A stretch of 64,000 nucleotides of DNA from Rhizophagus irregularis. Taxonomy: Eukaryota. How positions within the stretch are numbered: the stretch's first letter is position 1; the number at the start of each line of letters is the position of its first letter. The notes under the pieces were generated by a model, which saw only the letters and a program-made list of their open reading frames with translations, was not told the origin of the DNA and searched no databases. The stretch covers positions 1,612,001 through 1,676,000 of the forward strand of contig NC_089432.1 of NCBI RefSeq assembly GCF_026210795.1. Direction: 5' to 3'. Positions 53,091 through 64,000 of this stretch are shown here, piece by piece. A program made the position numbers and the translations under genes.

Positions 53091-54649
53091 TTACCTACTG
53101 CTAGATTATGTGCTTTTTATATATATTTTAACTATCTTTATTCGGTCGGGTTTTTAGATAGTATTTCTTATAATCTAGTTAGGGCCCGATTTATTTGGGC
53201 GATGATTCGACATTGTGTTATTTTATAATTGTTTTTATTAGTTTGTATTATGTTCAATGTTTTCTCCTGGCTAGCCTTAAAATAAAATAAATAAATAAAT
53301 ATAAACCCTTACTTTGATGAGTTTGATCTTCCGATCTTCCTTTCTGTCTTTCCCTTCCTTCTCTTTTCTCTTGTCTTATTTTTGTTATTTTTTCTAAATT
53401 TTTCTTCTTTTTTCGTCACCCCTCTTTTAAAAAAAAATTTTTTTTTCGTACCTCACTTTAAATTTTTTTTTTTCATCACTCTCTCCTTTAAAAAAAAATT
53501 TTTTTTTTGATTTTATTCTTTTATTCCCACTCTTCTTTTTTTTTAAAAAAATTTTCTTCTTTCTATTTCTATTTCCTCTTTATAAAAAATTTTTATTTTT
53601 CTAACTTTGACGTCCTCCTTTAAAAAAAAATTTTTTTTAACTTTCCTAACTTCGTTACTCTCTTTTTAAAAAAATATTTTTTTTGATTTATTCTTTATTC
53701 CCCTTTCTTTTTTATTTATATTTATCTCTTTTTTTATTTCATAGGCCAGCAGATTTTTTTTTGTGAGAAGACTCAGTTTCTTTTTTCTTTTTTGTAGATC
53801 AGTTTGGGAGTCCTTTCCTTTTTGTAGGATTGTTCAGGATTTTTTTCTTTTTTTAGGTCAGTTCAAATTTTCTTTTTTTTTTGTAAGTTGGGTTCAGATT
53901 CTTTTCTTTTTGTAGGTTGTTTCGGTTTTGTTGCTTCAGAGTCTTCTTTTTTTGTAGGTCAGTTTTGGATTTATTTTGTTGTTTTGGTTTCTTTTTCATC
54001 AGATGCTTCATAATTCTTTTCATTTATGTAGGTCAGACATTCTGGAGTTCTCTTTCTTTTTTTGTAGGAATACTGACCTTTGGTGACTTGGACGATTGCA
54101 GATACTATATGAAGGGGGGTTTTGTTCCAATTAAGTTAGACGTTCTTATGTTTCTTTTTTTGTTTTTTTAGGTTGTTTGACTCCAAATGAACCTGAACTT
54201 ATAGATAATTTTGGTTGCAATAGGTGGTTTTAATAAGGAGGAATTTTCATAATGTATTTGTATTTTGTTTATTTTTTATTTTTTATCTAATTTAATAAAG
54301 TAAAATTAGATTTATGTAAATATAATTATAGTAAACTGTAATACAAATAGTAAATTCAGTGAAATCGTATAAATTTCGTGATAAAATCAGTGATCAAATC
54401 ATGTAAATTCCATATGAATTCCGTGCAAATTCCGTATCCAAACCATATTTTTAGTGATACGGAATTGTGCATTTTTCCGTATCCTATTATGATACGTTAT
54501 TTCTAAGGAAAAAAATCGTATAAAAACTTTATAAAAAACGTATCCAATTTTTTTATAGGGCATTGGTTCAACCAAGATGACTGATCACGTGCGTGGTCAG
54601 CAGTTGCTGACCATCGTTCACGTGAAATATCAGACACATTTACGCTTTA

Positions 54650-54836
54650 TTGATCAGGTTATCTTAGGCGGCGTAGTTTCTCCTAGGTTAGCTCTCCTCT
54701 TCTTCGAAGGGTGAGGTCCTGTGTGGGATGAGGATTCGTGATATATTAGTTTTTTGTACTCACGTACCGAGTTACTTTTATCAGTTATGGACTCGCGTCC
54801 ACTACTCTTCTCGAAATAAAATAAAAATAAAATAAA
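54650..54836 (+). other. Short GC-rich structured segment with an (AAAAT)n tail; SINE-like or extreme LINE 3' fragment
   Basis: Hairpins cttc-ttc-gaag and tggac-tcgc-gtcca, followed by aaataaaataaaataaaataaa. No TSD or pol III boxes were confidently identified. Confidence 0.35.
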
Positions 54837-57504
54837 TTTTTTTATTGAATCAGGTGATTTATCGATCAATTAAAAAAAACCCACGATATAAACCAACCGC
54901 TTATTATCATGGGTAATTTTATTTATTAGAAAATTATATAACAAAAAATTCTTATTTATTTTCGTTAGCTCATCAAAAAAATTAAATAAATAAATAAATA
55001 AATTTGATGTTTTCTTTAATAATTGAAGCACGAAATATTTCTAATATTATATTATAAATTTGATAACGATAAAAAAGACTATTATTTTCATTTTAGGTAG
55101 GGGGGATATCTATAAATTTCTATAATGTTTCTTTTGTTACGTTTTTATAAAATTTTATTTAACCGTTAATGATTCATCGCAGTCAATAAATCATACAAAT
55201 AAATAATTATATTTTTTAAACTCAATCAAGAGAGTTTAATTTAAAGTCTAAAAAAGCTAATGGTAAAAGCTAATTGATGAATATCTAATCGTCGCTCGTT
55301 GCTTCAATGGCTTTTTTTCTACATCGTCTTCCCAACCGCACCCTAAAAAAACAAACCATGGCATAACCTATTAACTTTCCGATTCTTGGGTGTTTGATGC
55401 ATAACAAATATCATGTTAAAACCGATCACGTGTGTGGGCACATCATTGATTACGTAAGGCGAACATCGGACAATCAATAATAAGAAAGTGTATTCACGAT
55501 TTTCTGTAATAAAATTCCTCATAATCTCGAGAAATTTCCAGGAATCACCAGGCATCACTATAGTTTTGGGAATCATTTGCGAAGCCACAAATAGGGTTGG
55601 AATCTCGAGATTTTTCGTAGATGACGTCAAAAATGATCAGCACTTGCTTGGTGCGCTTTTAGAGCCAAATGGGTCTATATGTAAAAAATTGTTGAGGATC
55701 TAATTCTTAATCAATTTTACTTTTGATTTCATATATAAAGCCATTTAAAGTTTAAATACTTTGGTTATGAAGTTAATAAAAGCCAAAGAGTTTGACGAAA
55801 TTTTTTTTATGAAAAATTTTCATAAACTCGATCGACAATATGCACACAATAATTTAGTGAATTTTTGTTCTTTCTCATTATAACAGGACATTTTGGAAGG
55901 TATGCAGGACGATTGATAGAAGACATTTAGATTTTGTACTATTCAGATTTTCTTATTGTAAATTTCCCGATTTGAATTTATTAGTCACATAACATAGATC
56001 AGCTTTGTAATACCAAGCGGAAAATTATAATTAAAATTTGGTTAATATTTCATGTGTCACTATTTCAGATTTTTTACATGTTTAGTAACACTAACAACAG
56101 GAAACTTATTGGTATTTGAATTGATAATGTAAAAAAAAATTATATTGAATACATTAAGTTCACGAATAATAACATCAGGAGACTATTTGTACGACATTAA
56201 TTAAGCCAAAAATATAATATATTTTATTTTGTTTTTCAGTGATGCATCATTGTGACATTTGTGACAATAAAAAAAATTTAGGTTCCAATTTTTTTAATTT
56301 TGAAAGTCGCAAAAAAAAAAAAATCTTTAGTCTGTGGTAGATAAAAGTGTTTTTGTTTATCGTAATCTGCTTCCTGTAGTAAAAACTTTATTTATTTGAA
56401 AATCTTATTTGAAAAAGTATTAACCTTAAATGTCAATACAATCATTTCAAATTATTTGTAATAATAAAGCGTTTAAAGATTTTTAAAAAAACTTCACATT
56501 GTACTTCGGATATATCATATACCCGAATATTATTTTTATTATATATGGTATAAGCGGATAATACCGATTAGTTACCTTTTTCTATTTAGGTATTTGAAAT
56601 TTTGTGTCAAAATTTACTTTAGCTCATAGGTATCGGGATAACTTTTGTGTAAATTTAGATAGTTTCAAGATTGTACACAATATTATCAACAAAAAAATTC
56701 TTGTTTTGTTCGTCTTATCATCCTCCTAGTTATACAAAGGCAAATGGGTTCTATAATAACATAATCTGATTATGTACAAACTAATTAAATAAAGGAGCAA
56801 AGAGAAAAATCTTTAACTAGTAAATTCCAATTCTACCATGTAACACTCTCCAATTAATCTTCTTATCAATTAAAATTGCACTTTATTTTCTGTAGTGTTT
56901 TAATTTACTTTTGTTACATGTAAGGCTCTCGAATTAATATGATAACAGAATCACTCGTTAAATTTCGATTATCGCCATTTTTAAAATTGTGTTCAAGGGA
57001 TGTATTACAAAAAAATCTAATGTTTTTTTGAATATTGTGAATCCTCGGAAATCCCGGTGTTTATATGGAAAAAGATTTGAAATTTAGTGTTCCAAGCTTA
57101 AAAACAAAAAATTCCAATTTTGGATAAGTTTACTTATAAAAAATGTTGATATTATAGTAGAATATTAAAAAATAGTAGTACAAGTCTAAATTCCAGATCT
57201 ATTCGTTACACTCGATTGTGACATTATTTATTTGAATCAAGTTTTGTATTTGACTATATATTATTCGGATATCTCGGTTAATCCTTATAAATATAAAACA
57301 GCACAAAATGGATATTATATATTTGTTATGGATTCTCAGTTGTACCGAGTGAATGAGTAACGTGTTTCAGTATATGGAATGAAAAGGGATCGACATATGC
57401 AATTATTATAAATCTTAGACGTGGTTTTTTGGCAAAAAAAAAAATTTCTTCGGAATTTTTATTTAATTCTTTTTCTCATACTTTGATACAAGAAAAAAGA
57501 AAAA

Positions 57505-60500
57505 ATGGACGAAATCGAAATCGAAACAGACAAATACATGTATGAAAAAGAATACGTTGACGATCTAGAAAATGGGAACCGTACATATGGAGAAAACATT
57601 ACTTATGTGGCAATTAGCCCAGATGGTTCGATAGTAGCGACGTTTAATCCATGTAAGTTATTATATTATGCTGTAAATCCAATTTTTATACTAGAAAAAA
57701 AAAATATGAAAATAAATTCCTCTAAATTTAACTTAATTTTTCAGATGGCTCTTCCATATCAATTACAAAATTAACAACAAATGAAAAGGCGAAAATACCA
57801 TTTGATATAAATAAATTCAAAAAGTCTAACATTCTTGGATGGTCTTTAGCAGTTTCGGACATAATTAATACCGAATATGATACTTGTTTGGTCGCAATTT
57901 CTTGTGTAACTGACAAAGACATAAATCCAAAAGAAATTGAGGAAGGCGGTCTTCGAAAACTTTTTAAACTTTTTATCAAAAAACAATTATCATTCTGGGA
58001 TTCTCAACTCTTTTTAATCTTATTATTTATTTCATATATTGCTATCTCTACTTTTATCCTTACTTTCGTTTCTGATTTTGTCAGCAAATTTGATGATTCA
58101 AATCTTTTTTTTTACCTGTTTTTTATTATCATTCCCATTTGCATTCTTTTCTATTATGAATACATTCACACTCGTAAAATTTTAATAAAGGATGTTAAAC
58201 AATTTCGATTATCCTGTACTTCTGGTGAAGGGATGATAAAACTTATTAAATTTTCATTTAATAATGATAATGATAACAACAAAGATAACAACTATTTGAT
58301 ACAACATCATGGTGGAGTACTTACATTTTTAAAAAATTCCAAAAATTCTTTGAAGAATCGTGTAACACTTATTTGTATGAACTGTGTAAAAATACAAAAG
58401 ATTAATATTAAATTGAACAAAAACATTTCTATACCAAAAGAAGGCAGTACATATTTACTACCTGAAAATTTATTTAAAAAATTAGAAAGTTTTGAGGATT
58501 CAAGATGCAATTGGAAGTATCTTTTAAAATCTAAATTTCAAGAATATTTAATGGTTGATACAAGAGGTCATCAAAAAATAAATATTGAAATATATGATGT
58601 TAATAATTTACAATTAGTGAATGTTTTTTATAAGCATTGTGAAGAAGACTGTTTAATTGAACCTGGAATATTTGCGATATCGACAGATTCAAGATTATTT
58701 GCTTATTCTTATGGAAATAACACTATTACTCTTTATTTAATGGAAAGTGGTCTTGAAGTTGTTTCAAAAAAATTTGATAATATTTATAAAATTAAATTTT
58801 TAGAATTTATTGAAAAAGATAAAAAATTATTCATAATTGAAGAAGACAAAGAAAATAATATGAAATTTTATGTTTGGATTATATCAGGATGTTTAAATGA
58901 TTATTTTTCTATTTCTAAAGATGATATTGGCTTATCAGATAGTAATATTCTTACTCCGTCAAAATATGATGGGCACTTTAATACTTTAACAAAAGCAAAC
59001 GGAAAAGTAGTATTTCATAATAAATTTTTTGAGGATCAGTTTAAAGTTGTACAAGAGATAACTTTAAAAAGAACAACTTTTGGAGAGAACGACAATGCGA
59101 CTGAATCGACTGATGAGCATGAATATAAGTCATGTGATCTAGAACCATGGAATAATAGTACAAAGGCTATTCGTGGTAGATTTCTTAATAATGACAGAAA
59201 ACTTCTCCTTATAATTGGTCAAAATAGTATTCAATTATGGAAATCTAAATCCATAAATTTTGTAGATTTTAACAATTTCAGAAATTTTGAAAATTCGAAC
59301 CTTGTTTATATTTTGATAAGCGACAAAATCAAACCAGAAACAAAAACTAAATTTCTAATTGATGATGATATGACTACTGTAATAACTCACGCATGTAAAT
59401 CACTCGCCTACCTGTATAAACATACAAAAAGAATCAACTCTAAAGAAAAACATCAAAATTTTGTTAGTGGAATCACAAATATTATCAAAGACTTTATTAA
59501 AAGATATCCTGATAATTGGAAACTCATGGAGATTCAATATCCTTTAATGTCATATCTAATTTATTCACGTTCGTTTTCTTTAATCAAATACATTCTGTTT
59601 GATGTTAATGGTCAAGTTACTGAAAATTTACATAAACCTCAAAATAAATACGTTTCTTATCCATACTATAATGATTTGGAGTTATGTGATGACTTGGAAT
59701 TAGAAGACACGTATCTAAAATCGGCCAATGATTTGACATTAGCTTTAAAATTTTGTCAAGGTAACATTTTTAATTTCTTTGTTATTTACTATATATTTTG
59801 ACAACCAATTTCATTATTAGATCGAGATGCTGTTATGTTAGCATATTTATTAGAATATTACTCTGAAAATTCTATGACTCATATTGGTTGGATGATTAAT
59901 GTTACAAAAATACTTCCGGACTTATCAAAATTATCTAATCATGATTATTATGGTATATATAATAATAAATGTATTTGCTATTCACTTATTAAAAGATATT
60001 CAGTTAATATTTATCCATACAGGTAATTATATGGATTTGTTACTATATAAACCTTGTTTTGGAGAAATGAAGTACAATTTTCCAATTAAAAAATTCCGAG
60101 CATTATCAGTTTGTCAAGATACATTAGAAGTATATGTGCCTCTTACTAATCTTTTATCAACAAATACTTCGGATATTTTTTTATATTATAAAATGAGGTA
60201 TAAATTACTCAATCTATTAATTCCTATTTTAGATCTTTTACTGATGTTATTTCTTAATTTTAGAGAGGATATATCACCTAACACTTATATGGTTCCACTT
60301 CCGAATTTTACAACACATGATACAAAAGTTGAAGGAAAGATCAAAAAAGGAATTATACCTTTTTTGAGAAAGACATTATTTCCACCTGGCTATAAGAACT
60401 TAGAGGATGGAAATTTTAGTTCATTTCTTCGAATTAAAAAGAATGAAAATGCATTTTTTACTATTCCATCTATAGAAGCAGCTATAAATTCAAGATGGTA

Positions 60501-61842
60501 TCAAGCAATGGCATATTGGATAAGACCATTAGGTTTATATGCTATATTTTTAATTTTGTTTGCCATTATTCCTCAGTTTAAACCAGTAGTTGCAGTAGAT
60601 ACAACTGGTGATACAATTATACTTACAATTGATACAACAACTTACTCACTTGAGCAAATCGGAATTGGAATATTTTATTACATTGGGTTATATTTATTAA
60701 TAAATGAATTTATGCAAATAAGGAAGTATAAGATCAAATACATTACAATGTTTAATTTATTTGATCTAAGCAGTATTATTTTGGGTATAATTGCTTTTTC
60801 TTTGTTAAATTATACAAATGTATACCAAATCAGTAATGAGGCAATAAGCATTATATATACAATAGTTACATTAATACTTTGGATTGAAATGGTATGTTTT
60901 ATGACTTTTAGATACTAATTTTCAATAGTTTTATATTAATTTACCTTTTACTTTCTAAAGCTCTTATGGCTTCGAATATTTTCAGTAATAGCCATAAATA
61001 TATTTATTTTTGGCAATATTTTAAAAAAGATCATACCATTTTTTACATTTATGTTTATTTTAATAATTGGATTTGGGAATTCAATGTAATATTGTTCTTG
61101 TTATTATTGATATATTAAGCATGATATTAAAAGAAAATTAACTTTATTTTATATTTATTTGCAGAATTTTTCTTCTTGGAAACGCGTCATATAGTGCTAT
61201 AGCCTCATCAAGTTCAACTTATAAATTAAAAGATGAAGATGCAGAATATAATTTAACAGGTCCAACTCAAGAAAATCCTGCTGATACAATATGGAATGCT
61301 ATACTTTCCATGTACTATTTGGGTACAATTAATTTGAATAATTATAGTGATAATTTGCCATTAAAGTTATTTGCTTTTGTTGCTAATGTTGTTATAGTTC
61401 TTGTTCTATTTAATATGATTATTGCATTGATGAAGTAAGTAATATATTTATTAAGAATGTATTTGTTTAAATGCTTATCTGACCTTTAATTTTGTTTAGT
61501 GATATATTTAAAAAAGCCAAAAATGATGGTAATCTTGGACTTTTGATGTATAGAAAAGAACTTATTGATGATTTTGAAAGACTTGATATTCCCCTTAATG
61601 ATCTTCAACTACATGATTCACCATATATTTGTTATCTTCAAGATCCTGACTTGATGAAAAAATGGATGAAAAAATCTCAAGAGCTTAGAGAAACAAAATT
61701 ATATTCATGGTTTAAAGAGAGTGTTGATAAAGAAAATATAACTTATGATGGAGTTGACATTACACCTTGGTATGAACTTATTTCAAGTAATGAGAATCAA
61801 GATTCTATATCAACTCCTGATCATATGACACTTTGGTTCTAG
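57505..61842 (+). CDS. TRP-like cation channel paralogue 4, 8 exons, 1278 aa, apparently intact
   Basis: Hand-spliced exons: 57505-57652, 57745-59760, 59821-59952, 60023-60197, 60264-60891, 60961-61085, 61165-61434, 61500-61842. All introns are GT-AG, total 3837 nt. Intron positions and the sizes of exons 1, 3, 4 and 6 are identical to paralogue 3. Confidence 0.88.
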
Positions 61843-62349
61843 TTCTTTTATTTTCTATTACTTTTATTTTATATTTAGATTATATTGTATTTATTTATTT
61901 TTATTTTGATGTACTTTTTATTTTGATATTACTTATTTGATATTATTTGATTAATTTATAAAATAAATGATCTTTTATTGTTCAATTCCTATATTGCTAT
62001 ATATGAAAGTAAACATAATTTTAAGATATATTTGAAATATACTTATTTTAAAATTTGCGATATGCAGTACATATAATGTACTTTCAAAATATACTTTAAT
62101 ATACAACTATAGTATATTTTAAGTATATTTTTAGAATATAGAAAAATATATTTATAATGTACTTAAATTTTAATTAAGTATGCTTTTAATTATTTGACGA
62201 CATAAGATTAAATCATACCCGGCCAGGTCGTCAACGGAGCGAATTTTATTTTTTTATGTTTAACCAATCAAATTTCTCCAAATTACATCACGTGACATAC
62301 TAATTGTTGTATCGTTAAAAGATTATTAATAAGTTTTATTAATTAGTAT

Positions 62350-62836
62350 GGTATCCGGACTTTTCACCAAAATCCATTTCACCGAAGCCATTTTATCGAA
62401 TGAACATTTCACCGAAAAATTATTTATTCCATTTGGTTATTTTATTGTTTTTATACTAAATACATGAAGAAATGTTTTCTAGAAAAATTTTTGAATTAGC
62501 TGATTTTTATTAAATTTATCTCGTTGTTTATAATAGTATATTAATAGTCTTTTTTACTAACTTTTTCGGGAATAAATGTTTTTAGGAAAATAAAGTTATT
62601 CATTAATTTCTTAACAATTAATATCAGTTGCTTGAATGTTAAAGTTATAATATCCTGAAAAAAAAATCTCTAAAAATAATTTAATTTTGCGCGATGAATA
62701 TTTTTTATTGAAATGTTAATCGATACCATTTCGGTGAAATGTCCATTTGGCGAAATGGACGATTCGGCGAAACGTCCCTTCGGCTTCGGCGAAATGTGTT
62801 TTGGTGAAATGGATTTCGATAAAATGTACTGTAACC
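62350..62836. mobile_element. Mutator-like MITE
   Basis: Imperfect long TIRs starting GG and built from catttcaccgaa-like subrepeats. 9-bp TSD aattagtat / aaatagtat (1 mismatch). Confidence 0.75.
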
Positions 62837-64000
62837 AAATAGTATATATTTATTAGTACAAATTTTAACGTGTGAAATTTTATAATTAGATGATAAAAAA
62901 TTTTTGTTCTTAAAAATATAAACCCGGCATTTAAAAACTAATTTTTAACTCTCTGTCACCTATTTTGAGTATATTTTAATAAATTTAATATTTTAAGTAC
63001 AATAAATTTCATGGGGAATGAACAAATAAGGTATGGTTTTTTATTATAAACTTCATTTTTTTTAATACATATCGCATTATATTTTTTTCAATTTTTATGT
63101 TATTATTATTATGATTTGAAAAATTTATATCAGTTAAAATTATTAATAACAGACATGTATAAATAATTAATAAGTAATTGGTATAAATACAAATATTAAA
63201 AAATAAATTTAACTATAAAAAATTCAATCTTTCGTCAAGAATAAGAATATTTTTATGTTTTTTTTTTGCTCTTTACTTTTTTTTTATTTAGTTTACAGAA
63301 ATTTTTATGAAGGTCTTAAAGTCTAAAAAATTTTTATATCAAGAGATATTTATTTTAAATGAATTCCTTTTTTGTATAAAACTGTAAATTTTGAGTAGGT
63401 TTTTATTCCAATTACAATTGAGCAAAAGAAGTGACAGAACATTGTAAGATAAATTTAACTAAACTTTTAAGGATAATTACCTATAATTAATATCTTTATG
63501 CAAAAGTTTATTCAATAAAACCACTTTAATATATGGACTTTATAAATTAATAATGAATAAGATTGAAACGTCTAATAAAATTTATTTACTAGAAATCACA
63601 CTTTAGGTTACACTTAGACCATTCTTTGATTCATTTGAAAGGTAAGTGATAATGTTGTAAGTAAAATTAAAAATTCAAAGTCGATTTATTTATTATTTAT
63701 TTATTTTATGTCAAGTAGGAAGCAGTTAAAGTAAAACTAAAATACAATCAAAGAAAGTATAGCGCTACATTAGGGCAGCTAACATCTAGTTACAGCCAGA
63801 CCCACACTTGTACGAAAAGGAAACCATAATACAACCATTACGGAACAACAATAGCACTAGATACAAAAAAGAAAAGGAATTGAGAACTACTCTAAAAAAA
63901 AAGAAAGAAAAGGATTAATACAATTATTGAATAGTACTATTATTAAAAAGGAAAGGTTTCACTATATTATATATATAAGATGTGGGTGCAATGAAACCCG

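Larger units (their letters stand above)
44720..53298 (+). mobile_element. Full-length (~8.6 kb) two-ORF non-LTR retrotransposon; LINE B
   Basis: 17-bp TSD atataaacccttacttt (44703-44719 and 53299-53315). (TAAA)n-type tail. ORF1 plus an APE-RT-RNase H-CCHC ORF2. Confidence 0.96.
40810..54560. mobile_element. CCCTA-ended non-autonomous DNA element (~1.5 kb when empty) hosting two LINE insertions
   Basis: TIR ccctataagaaa / tttttttataggg. TSD cat (40807-40809 and 54561-54563). Subterminal atacgg/ccgtat motifs occur at 40825-40890, 44490-44600 and 54420-54545. Confidence 0.88.

Noticed and set aside
55343..55703. ORFs 55343-55630 (-) and 55488-55703 (+) in a GC-richer patch
   Set aside because: No recognisable motif and non-ATG starts. 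Possibly a decayed gene, but I cannot support a call.

Overview
This is very AT-rich eukaryotic DNA with short GT-AG introns (about 60-100 nt). By inference from gene content (TKL-kinase and TLDc relics, WD40-TRP-like channels, RNase H-bearing LINEs) it is most likely a Glomeromycotina (arbuscular mycorrhizal, Rhizophagus-like) fungus. The backbone is a same-strand array of four paralogous genes for a TRP-like cation channel: beta-propeller-like N-terminus, an extra two-helix hydrophobic insert, and a 6-TM/pore domain. Two copies splice cleanly by hand into 8-exon ORFs (25671-29870, 1227 aa; 57505-61842, 1278 aa). The other two (2188-~8990 and 11389-15268) are pseudogenes broken by transposons, deletions and frameshifts. 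One intact intronless secreted subtilisin (35354-36634, minus strand) is bracketed by a perfect 13-bp inverted repeat. The remainder is a dense, nested transposon landscape. It includes three RNase H-containing non-LTR retrotransposons that share a YGK...H...CxGC...C module between RT and RNase H; two of these sit inside one CCCTA-ended DNA element. There are also hAT-, Mutator- and TA-target MITEs with readable TIRs/TSDs, Helitron-like ends, and three main tandem arrays, including a 172-bp satellite with a 688-bp higher-order duplication. No rRNA, tRNA or CRISPR array was recognised. All coordinates were read by eye and no database search was run.
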